Shown here: in pieces, positions 55,264-64,000 of the stretch | How the letters are laid out: every line of letters begins with the position of its first letter | How positions within the stretch are numbered: position 1 is the stretch's first letter | Assembly: GCA_964431025.1 (NCBI GenBank) | Contig: CAYSIB010000001.1 | Location: 9,457 to 73,456 of the forward strand | Origin: an uncultured Candidatus Saccharibacteria bacterium | GTDB taxonomy: Bacteria; Patescibacteriota; Saccharimonadia; Saccharimonadales; Saccharimonadaceae | DNA: 64,000 nt | Reading direction: 5' to 3' | Program-made: the position numbers and the translations under genes | Notes under the pieces: generated by a model | Database searches by the model: none | What the model was told of the DNA's origin: nothing | Seen by the model: only the letters and a program-made list of their open reading frames with translations

Positions 55264-56358
55264 TTACTTCCTTTCTTTAGTTTTAACAATTTTAGCCTCT
55301 GCCTCATTCTTAAATGTTGTAATTTTTACAACATTTCCCTCTGTTAAATCACCTGATATTATCGCATATCCTCTTTTCAGGGTTAAATCCGGATCGACAC
55401 TTTCAAGCAACTTTATTTTTGCTTTCACGGCTTCTTCCATACTACTAAAACGCTGATTCGTAATGCGCCTCATCTCGGCAAATTTGTTCGTAATCCCCTC
55501 TTTTACCCCTGTTATTTCCTGAACAATTTTATTACTCAACCTACTTATTTCCCCCTTTATCTTCATGATTTCTGCCTGCTTATCTGGCGTTAGCATTTCC
55601 GCTACATTTGACGGCGTCGACGCCCTAATATCTGCCGCCAGGTCCGCCAAACTCTCATCTACCTCATGTCCAATCCCCGTAATCACTGGTATCCGACTTG
55701 CTGCAATCGCCCGCGTTAATTCCTCATCATTAAATACTGCCAAGTCGTCTGCGCTGCCGCCACCTCTGATGATAGCAATAATATCAACTTCTGCTTTTTC
55801 GTTAAAATATTTTAGTGCTCTGATAATCTGATCCGCTGCCGCCATTCCCTGTACCTGCGTATGCGCGGTTAGAATTTCAAGTCCACCCCACCTCGCATTA
55901 ATAATCTTACAAAAGTCCGCGTATCCTGCCGCCTGTACGGAAGAAATCACGCCAATTTTCTTGAGATCCCCCGGAATCCCCCTCTTTCTCGCCGAATCAA
56001 ATAGTCCTTCCGCCGTGAGCTTCTTCTTTAAGAGCTCAAAATTCTTCTTGATACTTCCCTCCCCCACCGGCATCATTTGTTTTACTGTCAGAGAAAACTT
56101 CCCCCACTTTGTCACTTTTGGCACGCCTTTTACGACTATTTTCATCCCGTCTTCAAGTTCCATCCGGAGTGAAAACAGTGGCATAAAACAAGAGACAGAA
56201 CTTTCCTCGTCCTTCAGGTCAAAGAATACCCACTTGCCTTGGTTAATCTTAAATCCCGATACCTCGCCCTCAATTACCACGGACGAGTACGCGTATTCCA
56301 ATGTCTGATTGACTGACGCCAAAAACTCCGAAACCGAAAACTTTACTTCGTTTTCCAT
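55264..56358 (-). CDS. xseA: Exodeoxyribonuclease VII large subunit
   Basis: GEVSGF, IRGGGS, GIGHEVD, ASTPS. Confidence 0.95.
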   Translation of the reverse strand: MENEVKFSVSEFLASVNQTLEYAYSSVVIEGEVSGFKINQGKWVFFDLKDEESSVSCFMPLFSLRMELEDGMKIVVKGVPKVTKWGKFSLTVKQMMPVGEGSIKKNFELLKKKLTAEGLFDSARKRGIPGDLKKIGVISSVQAAGYADFCKIINARWGGLEILTAHTQVQGMAAADQIIRALKYFNEKAEVDIIAIIRGGGSADDLAVFNDEELTRAIAASRIPVITGIGHEVDESLADLAADIRASTPSNVAEMLTPDKQAEIMKIKGEISRLSNKIVQEITGVKEGITNKFAEMRRITNQRFSSMEEAVKAKIKLLESVDPDLTLKRGYAIISGDLTEGNVVKITTFKNEAEAKIVKTKERK

Positions 56359-57444
56359 CTACAATCCTCTTTTATTTAACTTCTTAATTTCTTCTTTTTC
56401 TTCCTTGCCAATCTTAGCAATTGCGTGTTGATAGAATCCGTATCCAGACACAATTGTACCGACTAAGACAATCACTCTCGTCGTCACCACTACAGCCGTG
56501 GCTAGGCCAAAATCTACACCCAGCGCCCACATCACGCCTGCCATAGAAGCCTCATATCCACCTGCTCCACCAGGTGTTGGAATAACAGCGCCAAGCACCG
56601 ATCCAACCGCCTCAGCCACCATAATTTGCGGCAAAAGCTCTGGATGACCCATCGATATTGCTACCACCCAATACGTCGCCACCTCTAAAAAGCTATACAG
56701 AATCCCCCAGAAAATTGGTTTTTTGATAATCTTTTTATTGCGTCTGGCCTCCGCAAAATCTTCGTGGATTTCATTACAAAACCTATCCACCACCTCTTGT
56801 TTCAAGGCATCTTTCTTCTTCCCAAACGTCACCACCTTCACCACAAAATTGGCGACCTTCGTAAATGTCCTAGAAGCCCAGTTGAGCGCTTTTTTGTTAC
56901 TTGCAATCAGTGATCCGCCAATCACCATTCCAATCACCGCTACAGAAATCAAACCTACTACTAGCAGAGTATATTGACTCTTCTCCTCGATATTTCCCAT
57001 AATGAGAATCATCGCTATCGCAATCAGCGTTTGCGCCTGATTGGCGAATGTCGTCACCGCATATCTTAAGACATACATGAAGCTAGCTTGCGCTGGCGAG
57101 GCCCCATATGGCTTCAGCCTCCACGCCACATAACCTAGTCCCGATACGCCTCCGCTTGGTACAGCGTGGTTCATAAAGTTCAGTTCTAGAGAAATTCGCA
57201 TCAGATTCCACCGCGAAATCTTCTTGGCATCTTTCTTCGCCTCCATATACGAGAAAAAGATTTTCCCGCAACAATAGTACATGAATAGCTGCTCTGGAAT
57301 AAGTAACAAAATAATCAAAACATTTGTATGCGCCAGATAATTGACCGCTTTTACAACTTCTTCTCTAGCGTTCCAAAGAACGACCGCAATCAGAATAAAC
57401 GTTACTACGCTTAAAACCTGTCTGAACGTTATTCTTATCTTCAT
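56359..57444 (-). CDS. Lysylphosphatidylglycerol synthase TM / flippase-like protein
   Basis: NHAVPSGG, PTPGGAGGYE, multi-TM. Confidence 0.82.
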   Translation of the reverse strand: MKIRITFRQVLSVVTFILIAVVLWNAREEVVKAVNYLAHTNVLIILLLIPEQLFMYYCCGKIFFSYMEAKKDAKKISRWNLMRISLELNFMNHAVPSGGVSGLGYVAWRLKPYGASPAQASFMYVLRYAVTTFANQAQTLIAIAMILIMGNIEEKSQYTLLVVGLISVAVIGMVIGGSLIASNKKALNWASRTFTKVANFVVKVVTFGKKKDALKQEVVDRFCNEIHEDFAEARRNKKIIKKPIFWGILYSFLEVATYWVVAISMGHPELLPQIMVAEAVGSVLGAVIPTPGGAGGYEASMAGVMWALGVDFGLATAVVVTTRVIVLVGTIVSGYGFYQHAIAKIGKEEKEEIKKLNKRGL

Positions 57445-57455
57445 CTAAGCCCGCC

Positions 57456-58430
57456 CTAGCCTCTTGGTGGCTCCCCCTCAGCATCCTCTAATAGCTTCTT
57501 GGATTTAATCTCATATCTCTTACCGTTTACTGGCGAAACATAATAATCTTCATTCACCAGGTTCACAAACATCGTCAAATCTTTGTCATCCATGATAATA
57601 ATCGAGCCATCATCATCCGTCATCAGTTCCAGCTCCATCTTATCGGCATAATCAACCAAATCCTTCTGGCTCATTTCCTTCTCGATATCAAAAGCCTGCA
57701 CCTTCTTTAAGAGTGGCTTTCTATCTTGAAGTAGCGCATTGAGGGTTAGTCCTTCGGAAAAACTTAGTTTGTACTTTTCCTGTAGTTCCTTAGCTTTTTC
57801 TTCCGCAATCACTTGTGCCTTGTAATCATATTGGAAGAGCGTTTCAAACTTTGGCTGATTAAAGATTACCACTGTTCCATCTACGATCGCCACTTGATTA
57901 TCAGCTGGCATCTTAATCGCTACTTCTGCCGAGAACGGCTCAAAGCTTTCACCATTTAGCTCCCAGCTCTGTGCGCCCTTAATCGCCGAACTTGCCGCAA
58001 TTCCTTTAGCGATATAGAATGTCTTCGTTCCGTCATCCCCACCAGGATAGGTAAACTTCGCAATAATACCTTTTATCTTCTTGAATTCGTATTCATTATC
58101 AGAGAAATAATCAATGTCCTTATATTCATTCTCAATCAAATGAATCAGCGTCTCCGCTCTTCCTACCTTAGAAAGCTCAGTCCGATATACTACCTTGTCT
58201 TCCCCGTCCGACAGCTCATAGTCGCGACATTCTAGACCTTTGTCAGCCTCTTCAATTACGTACTTAAGCGCCGCATTTAGAAACATCTCCTTGACGTTCC
58301 CCGTGAGCGAATCCGAATATCTTACCTTGTACGGAGTATAGTTCTTGTTAAAAAGAAACAACTCTACCGAAACATTATTCTTAATTTCATCAACTTCATT
58401 CGCCCACTGAAAAACATCAAACTTTTCCAT
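57456..58430 (-). CDS. DUF4868 / KwaB-like protein
   Basis: Pattern recall (FETLFQYDY; C-terminal FVNLVNEDYYVSPVNGKRY); not verified by search. Confidence 0.6.
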   Translation of the reverse strand: MEKFDVFQWANEVDEIKNNVSVELFLFNKNYTPYKVRYSDSLTGNVKEMFLNAALKYVIEEADKGLECRDYELSDGEDKVVYRTELSKVGRAETLIHLIENEYKDIDYFSDNEYEFKKIKGIIAKFTYPGGDDGTKTFYIAKGIAASSAIKGAQSWELNGESFEPFSAEVAIKMPADNQVAIVDGTVVIFNQPKFETLFQYDYKAQVIAEEKAKELQEKYKLSFSEGLTLNALLQDRKPLLKKVQAFDIEKEMSQKDLVDYADKMELELMTDDDGSIIIMDDKDLTMFVNLVNEDYYVSPVNGKRYEIKSKKLLEDAEGEPPRG

Positions 58431-58440
58431 TTTACCTCAC

Positions 58441-59007
58441 TTATTTGTTGTTCATTATAGCATTTTTCTGCAGCATCTCAAAGTAAGATTCTTGAGATAT
58501 ATTTTCACTACCAAGGTGGAATAACTTTAACGTACGTTTAAGGTCCGCCATCACCTCACTTACCTTATCCCCATCATCCAAAGCCGTCTCAATCTTGAGA
58601 TATGGATTTTTCAGTCCATCCACCGTATCGTAATATATTCTCGATGTTTCAGACAGTTTAATCCTCTTTCTCCTCCGACTCACCTCGCTAGCTAGCACAA
58701 ATCCTAGCTGAGAAATCATGTTCACTATCTCGGTATAGTCTCTAATTACCGATCTGTCAGTAATCTCAATTCCACTATCTTCAATGTGTCTTTTCATGAT
58801 TAGCTTATATACCGCTGGCTTATCTACCGCCGTCATTTCTGTCCGCATTACAAATCGTGGCAGATTCTTACCCCTTTCATATCCTCTGGGTACGTAGACT
58901 CGATCATGCTGATAGAGTACTGGCTCGAATTCCAGGCTAATTTCCTTCATTCTCTGCTCGAGTTCTTTAGGGTTCTTTACCTCAACTTTTACTGTAACTC
59001 TTTTCAT
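58441..59007 (-). CDS. CYTH-domain protein (degenerate)
   Basis: YQHDRVY, RTE, LKIE, SYFEML layout of the CYTH tunnel fold. Confidence 0.7.
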   Translation of the reverse strand: MKRVTVKVEVKNPKELEQRMKEISLEFEPVLYQHDRVYVPRGYERGKNLPRFVMRTEMTAVDKPAVYKLIMKRHIEDSGIEITDRSVIRDYTEIVNMISQLGFVLASEVSRRRKRIKLSETSRIYYDTVDGLKNPYLKIETALDDGDKVSEVMADLKRTLKLFHLGSENISQESYFEMLQKNAIMNNK

Positions 59008-59420
59008 AACGTCGCTCCTTCTCTTGCCTTATTTGCCCATTCGTCCGCCACCTCATTCATTTTTGTACCAACATGCCCCCTGGTCCATTTCAGTTTGACA
59101 TTACCTATCTTATAGAGCATATAAGCTTTCTTCACTAGGTCCAGATTTTTAATTTCACCACTCTTCTTTGTCCACTCGTTTTTCTCCCAAGCTGGGGCCC
59201 ATTTCGTTAGCACATTTACCCAGAATTCAGAATCTGTCACCACCGTCCCTTCTTTTCCAGCCAAAATCTCCATTGCTGCGATTAAAGCTGATCCCTCCAT
59301 TCGAATATTAGAAGATTTTACCTCGCTCCCAAGAGCCACCGGAACACCGTCTTCTATCACAGCAAAACCTCCGGGGCCGGGATTTGGGGATGCGCTCCCA
59401 TCTGTCCATAGTGTTCTCAT
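59004..59420 (-). CDS. rnhA: Ribonuclease HI
   Basis: WTDGSASPNPGPGG, NIRME, TDSEF, RGH, NEVAD. Confidence 0.95.
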   Translation of the reverse strand: MRTLWTDGSASPNPGPGGFAVIEDGVPVALGSEVKSSNIRMEGSALIAAMEILAGKEGTVVTDSEFWVNVLTKWAPAWEKNEWTKKSGEIKNLDLVKKAYMLYKIGNVKLKWTRGHVGTKMNEVADEWANKAREGATL

Positions 59421-59461
59421 ATTACCCTTATTATACTACAAATCTGCGCTATAATAAAGGT

Positions 59462-60892
59462 ATGACTAAGGATAACAAACGGGTAAAAGCCGCCATCAAA
59501 CTCGCCACCGAGGCTCATGAGGGTCAATTTCGGCGCTCTGGCGATCCTTACATTTCTCACCCCTTAGCCGTCATGAAAATTGTGGAGGATTGGGGTATGG
59601 ACGAAGACACTATTATTGCCGCCGTCCTTCACGACACTGTCGAAGATACCTCTGTCACCCTGCAACAGATCAAAGACCAATTTGGCGACCAGGTTGCTTT
59701 CCTAGTTGATGGTGTCACTAAGCTCGGTAACGCTCGCTCTGGTATGCGCGATCTTGATACCTATCTCCCTCAGACCAAGGACAATCTCTTACGTCTTTTA
59801 GTTGCTACTGGTGCCGACATTCGCGTTCTTATTATTAAACTCGCTGACCGTCTCCATAATCTTCGCACTCTTTCCGCCCTTCCTCCTGACAAACAGAAGA
59901 AAATCGCCAAAGAATCCCTAGAAGTTTTCGCCCCTCTAGCCGACCGTCTCAACATGGGTCGTCTCCGCGTTGAGATGGCTGATATCTCTTTCTCTTATGT
60001 CAATCCCAAGCGCTACCGTGAGCTCGCTGACATTATCGAAAAATACAATATCTCCGCCGAAAAAACCATGCAAAAAATCCAGAAAGAGGTTTCCGAAGCC
60101 CTTGGTCGCGAAAAGATTAAATTCCAGATTTCTGGTCGCGTCAAATCGGTGTATTCCCTACACAAAAAACTCATCAAACACAATCAAAACATGGGTGAAA
60201 TTTATGACCTTACCGCCCTTCGTATTATCGTTAATGACATTACCGATTGCTATCTTACCCTTGGCGTCATTCATTCCCTCTATATGCCGATGAGTGGCCG
60301 TATCAAAGATTATATTGCCATGCCAAAGCAAAACGGTTACCAATCTCTTCACACCACCGTTATTACCAAGGACAAACGTATCGTCGAATTCCAAATTCGT
60401 ACTCACGAGATGCACGAATACGCCGAACGCGGTCTTGCCGCCAGCTTCTATTACAACGAGCAAAAACTGACCGAAAACTACAAAACCGGCAAAATCCAGC
60501 ACCTTCCGACTAACCTCCTCTGGATTACTGAGCTCCAAGAGACCGCCGCCAGGCTCCGCGCTGGCAAAAAAGTCGACATCAAAAAGCTCCGCCTTAACCT
60601 CTTCGCCGACAAAATCTTTGTCTATACTCCAAAAGGCGATATCATTGATCTCCCTAATGGTTCCCTACCTCTTGATTTTGCTTACCGCCTCCATTCTGAA
60701 ATCGGTGAACATGTCACCGGCGTCAAAATTAATGGCAAAATGAGCAGCCTCACCACCAAGCTAAAGCACGGCGACGTCGTAGAAATCTTGACTTCCAAAA
60801 ACAAGACAGCCAAAGCCTCCTGGCTGCTTGATAAAATCTTCACCTCTCACGCCCGTCAAAAACTTCGCGCCCAACTTAGCCGCAAACAATAG
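59462..60892 (+). CDS. rel: RelA/SpoT homolog (HD + synthetase + TGS, no ACT)
   Basis: HPLAV, LHDTVED, KLADRLHN, GRVKS, YQSLHT, EFQIRT, FVYTPKGD. Confidence 0.93.
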   Translation: MTKDNKRVKAAIKLATEAHEGQFRRSGDPYISHPLAVMKIVEDWGMDEDTIIAAVLHDTVEDTSVTLQQIKDQFGDQVAFLVDGVTKLGNARSGMRDLDTYLPQTKDNLLRLLVATGADIRVLIIKLADRLHNLRTLSALPPDKQKKIAKESLEVFAPLADRLNMGRLRVEMADISFSYVNPKRYRELADIIEKYNISAEKTMQKIQKEVSEALGREKIKFQISGRVKSVYSLHKKLIKHNQNMGEIYDLTALRIIVNDITDCYLTLGVIHSLYMPMSGRIKDYIAMPKQNGYQSLHTTVITKDKRIVEFQIRTHEMHEYAERGLAASFYYNEQKLTENYKTGKIQHLPTNLLWITELQETAARLRAGKKVDIKKLRLNLFADKIFVYTPKGDIIDLPNGSLPLDFAYRLHSEIGEHVTGVKINGKMSSLTTKLKHGDVVEILTSKNKTAKASWLLDKIFTSHARQKLRAQLSRKQ

Positions 60893-60898
60893 CTGTTT

Positions 60899-61747
60899 TT
60901 AAGCTAAACTATCTAATAATTTTTTCAATTCTTTTTCGTCGCGCACACTAAAGGTGATACTTTTTACGCCAATTCTAACCTTGGAATTATATTTCTTGGA
61001 AAGCGCTTCTTCTCTCTTCATATAATCAGAAGCTTTCACTGCCTTAGCGGAGCTATTCTTCTTCACACTAGCTAGATATCTCTGTACCTGGCGCACCGTC
61101 CAGCCCTCATCTACCACTCTTGGAATCACTTTTTCAATTACTTTTTCATCAACTGCCACAAGCGGTCTCATCACACCCTCAGATAGTTTGTGTTCACGCA
61201 TCGCCTTCTTGGCAAAATCTGGCAAGTTAAGTAGTCTCAGTGTATTCTCAACCGAGGCCTTCTTCTTTCCTACGCGCTTTGCAATCTCTTCTTCCGACAG
61301 ATTAAATTGTGTCTTTAGCTTCGCATATGCTGTCGCTAGCTCAATCGCCGACAAATCTTCACGCTGGGCATTCTCAATAATCGATAGCTCTAGTCGATTT
61401 TGCGCATCAAGCGTCCTTACAATCGCCGGCACTTTAGATAATCCAGCAATCTTTGCTGCCCTCCACCTACGCTCACCTGCTACAATCTTGTACTTATCTT
61501 CTTCTTTCACCACCACAATCGGCGACAAAATTCCATGTTCACGGATAGAATCCGCCAGCGCATTCAGGGCCTCGACATCAAAATCCTTCCTTGGCTGCTC
61601 TTCATCTCGGATAATCTCTGTTATATCAATTTCTTGCAATTTCTGCCCAGTCTCTTCTTCTACATCCACTGTCGGATCGAATTCTTCATCCACCAAATCT
61701 GTTGGAATCAAACTTTCAAATCCCCTGCCTAGTCCATGTTTTGCCAT
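60899..61747 (-). CDS. parB: Chromosome partitioning protein ParB
   Basis: GLGRG, QPRKDF, VAGERRWRAA, ENAQREDL. Confidence 0.95.
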   Translation of the reverse strand: MAKHGLGRGFESLIPTDLVDEEFDPTVDVEEETGQKLQEIDITEIIRDEEQPRKDFDVEALNALADSIREHGILSPIVVVKEEDKYKIVAGERRWRAAKIAGLSKVPAIVRTLDAQNRLELSIIENAQREDLSAIELATAYAKLKTQFNLSEEEIAKRVGKKKASVENTLRLLNLPDFAKKAMREHKLSEGVMRPLVAVDEKVIEKVIPRVVDEGWTVRQVQRYLASVKKNSSAKAVKASDYMKREEALSKKYNSKVRIGVKSITFSVRDEKELKKLLDSLA

Positions 61748-61759
61748 CTTTTCTCCTTT

Positions 61760-62533
61760 TTATTTTCTCTTTCCAGTTCTTTTCTCTACCTCGCGCGCCA
61801 AATCTTTGTATGCCTTCGCCCCCTTAGAAAACTTATCATAATTTCCTACCGGCACACCGTGACTTGGGGCTTCCGCAACACGCACGTTCCTCGGAATCGT
61901 CGTGTTAAACACCTTATCCTTAAAATATCGTTTCACTTCCGCCAACACTTCCACGGAAAGCGATGTTCTCTTGTCGTACATTGTCGCGAGCACCCCAAGT
62001 AGTTTCAAACTTGGGTTCATTGCCTTCTTTACTAGTTTCATACTGTCTAGAAGTTGTGCTACGCCCTCTAGCGCGTAAAATTCCGTCTGTACTGGCAGGA
62101 GCAGATAATTTGCCGCAATCATCCCATTCACGGTCAGCAGCGATAGTGACGGTGGAGAATCAATAATCACATAATCATATTCCGCGCTCACGCTTTCGAT
62201 CACATTTTTTAGTTTGGCAAACTTACCTCTAGCATTCGCAATTTCTACCTCTGCATTAGCCAGCTCCGGCGTCGTCGGAGCAATACTCAGATTCTTATGC
62301 TTCGTCTCAACAATCACATCTTTAAGCTTTGCATCCCCAGTCAAGACCTCTGTCATAGTCGCTTTAAGTTTTGCCTTGTTTACTCCCAGTCCCGAAGTCG
62401 CATTTCCCTGCGGATCAAAATCTACGATTAATGTCTTAAACTTATCTTTTGCCAAAAAATAGCCCAGGTTCACCGCTGTTGTGGTTTTACCTACACCTCC
62501 TTTTTGGTTAGTTATACAAATAACCGTAGCCAT
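61760..62533 (-). CDS. parA: Chromosome partitioning ATPase ParA/Soj
   Basis: NQKGGVGKTT, DPQGNATSG, DSPPSL, IPRNVRVAEAPSHG. Confidence 0.95.
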   Translation of the reverse strand: MATVICITNQKGGVGKTTTAVNLGYFLAKDKFKTLIVDFDPQGNATSGLGVNKAKLKATMTEVLTGDAKLKDVIVETKHKNLSIAPTTPELANAEVEIANARGKFAKLKNVIESVSAEYDYVIIDSPPSLSLLTVNGMIAANYLLLPVQTEFYALEGVAQLLDSMKLVKKAMNPSLKLLGVLATMYDKRTSLSVEVLAEVKRYFKDKVFNTTIPRNVRVAEAPSHGVPVGNYDKFSKGAKAYKDLAREVEKRTGKRK

Positions 62534-62569
62534 AATCAAATTATAGCATAAATTTTTTATACAACCAAA

Positions 62570-62596
62570 AATCCCCCATCTTCTGGGGGATTTTCT
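62570..62596 (-). terminator. Terminator after rplU
   Basis: aaaatccccca-tcttc-tgggggatttt. Confidence 0.65.
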
Positions 62597-62607
62597 AGAG
62601 ATTTTCC

Positions 62608-62916
62608 TTATTTGATAGAGGTAATCTCGATGAGAGAGTATTTCTGGCGGTGTCCAGTCTCTTTATGCACACGCTTCTTGGAGTGATAGCGGATGACGCG
62701 AACTTTGTCGCCAGCAACTTTTTCTTCTACAACTTTTGCCGAAACCTTCACGCCTTTCACTTCAGGTGTACCAACCGTAGTTTTGTCACCGTCAATTACA
62801 AGGAGAGCAGATGTTTCGAGCTCTTTGGTGCCTGCCGGGAGGAGGTCCACCCGTAGGGTCTCTTTCTCTTCGGCAAGATATTGCTTCCCGCCAACGAGGA
62901 TAACTGCTTTCTTCAT
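62608..62916 (-). CDS. rplU: 50S ribosomal protein L21
   Basis: AVILVGGKQY, GHRQKYS. Confidence 0.95.
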   Translation of the reverse strand: MKKAVILVGGKQYLAEEKETLRVDLLPAGTKELETSALLVIDGDKTTVGTPEVKGVKVSAKVVEEKVAGDKVRVIRYHSKKRVHKETGHRQKYSLIEITSIK

Positions 62917-62974
62917 ATTATTCCTTTGATTAACTAGGAATAATTGTAGCACACTTCCGCGTTTTTGACAAGTC

Positions 62975-64000
62975 TTACTGCTTGTCTGAGGTGTCGTTTC
63001 TGATTCCCTCAATCACCGTCTTGCTAGATTCGGAGCTAAACGTATCTGGTGCGCCACCTGCGGATACCTTCTTTAGCATCTTAGAAGACTTATAGAAGTA
63101 GAATCCGCCACCACCGATAGTGAGGATAACTACGACTAGAAGGATAATCTCAGTTGGACCAGTCGTTGGGAGCTGGGATGGAGTAGTTGGTGTAGCACAG
63201 GTTTTGTTCACCGTAGTCTTCGTACGATCGTATTCTGAACCATTTGCTGTCTGAATAGTAGCATCGTTATAGAATTCGTTTGCACCACAATTTAACTTAT
63301 CAGCAGAGGTCACCTTAGCTTGATAGGTAATAGTCGCTTCCTCGCCAGGTTGGAAATCGCCGATAATCAGGCCATTCGTATCGCTACCATTAAACAGTTT
63401 TTCTTCCTGAGTAGTCGAAAGTGTCACTGTTCCAGCCGGCGTAGTTACCTTCACAGAGCCAGAGACATAGCTTAGTCCTTCTGGAAGTTCATCATGTGCC
63501 ACCACATCAATCTGGTTGGTTGTACCAGTATTTTTGTAGCTAATCTTATAATCCAGCACATCGCCAGAGTTAGCTTCAAGTTCTGCTACGTAAGCGTTCT
63601 TGCCGGTAGGAGACACTGTTTTTTCCATCCAGAAAGCTGGTTGATCAGCGCGCACGCGATAAGTTACATACCCAGCATATTCATTACAGCCAGGGATAGT
63701 ACCCCAGAGATTATCTGCATTATAACAAGCAATCATTGCACCAACGCTGTCGGTTTGTTTTAATACGTCTTCATCGCTTGCAAACAGCGCATCTGCAGAA
63801 AGAATCGTTCCGTCCGTTGTCTTACAGTTATCACTTGAATGTAATACTGCAGTATTTGCGATATAGCTCAGATAAATCGTCTGATCCGCCTTGAAGAATG
63901 CGGTATCCCATACCTTGACTGGATCAGCATTACTTGCCGAAACAGAACCACGAATCACGCCAGAATCACCGGCCACCAGCTTAGTTGGAAAACTCGATAC
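62975..64000 (-). CDS. DUF11-type Ig-like surface protein with LPTTG sorting signal, 5'-truncated by window edge
   Basis: KTVSP...YKISYKNTG...DELPEGLSYVSGS; LPTTG + TM + basic tail. Confidence 0.85.
   Translation of the reverse strand, partial: VSSFPTKLVAGDSGVIRGSVSASNADPVKVWDTAFFKADQTIYLSYIANTAVLHSSDNCKTTDGTILSADALFASDEDVLKQTDSVGAMIACYNADNLWGTIPGCNEYAGYVTYRVRADQPAFWMEKTVSPTGKNAYVAELEANSGDVLDYKISYKNTGTTNQIDVVAHDELPEGLSYVSGSVKVTTPAGTVTLSTTQEEKLFNGSDTNGLIIGDFQPGEEATITYQAKVTSADKLNCGANEFYNDATIQTANGSEYDRTKTTVNKTCATPTTPSQLPTTGPTEIILLVVVILTIGGGGFYFYKSSKMLKKVSAGGAPDTFSSESSKTVIEGIRNDTSDKQ

Noticed and set aside
60899-62600. parS site near parAB
   Set aside because: No TGTTTCACGTGAAACA-like palindrome was spotted by eye.

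Overview
A 64-kb chromosomal segment with the gene content of a Patescibacteria (CPR) genome, most like Saccharibacteria (inference: alpha2-type glyQS, DUF3048, stand-alone T4CP/VirB4-like ATPase, sortase plus LPxTG protein, compact dcw cluster without mraZ). Core genes include ctpA, smpB, xth, gltX, der, pth, dprA, topA, murG-ftsW-mraY-ftsI-rsmH, ppa, glyQS, recO, xseAB, rnhA, rel, parAB, rplU, tRNA-Leu(CAA) and tRNA-Glu(CTC). Many genes have an extended -10 box exactly 6 nt before the ATG, the layout of leaderless transcripts. A glycolipid/acyl-scavenging cluster lies at about 2.3-14.9 kb. The stand-out region is a roughly 6.4-kb accessory tract (35.0-41.5 kb) between the ATPase gene and the dcw cluster. 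It holds six promoterless, co-oriented C-terminal fragments of the Fib_succ_major (FISUMP)-like domain. Four start with a shared in-frame 40-bp repeat; the other two are near-copies that differ in a pattern resembling diversity-generating retroelement (DGR) mutagenesis. Cargo (class III Fic, a type I toxin-antitoxin-like peptide/sRNA) sits between them and alkD just upstream. The tract is bracketed by two identical 117-bp rod-like elements with different self-complementary arms, and preceded by orphan genes separated by one repeated palindrome. No recombinase, reverse transcriptase or full-length FISUMP gene is visible in the window. Family assignments come from motif recognition, not database searches.
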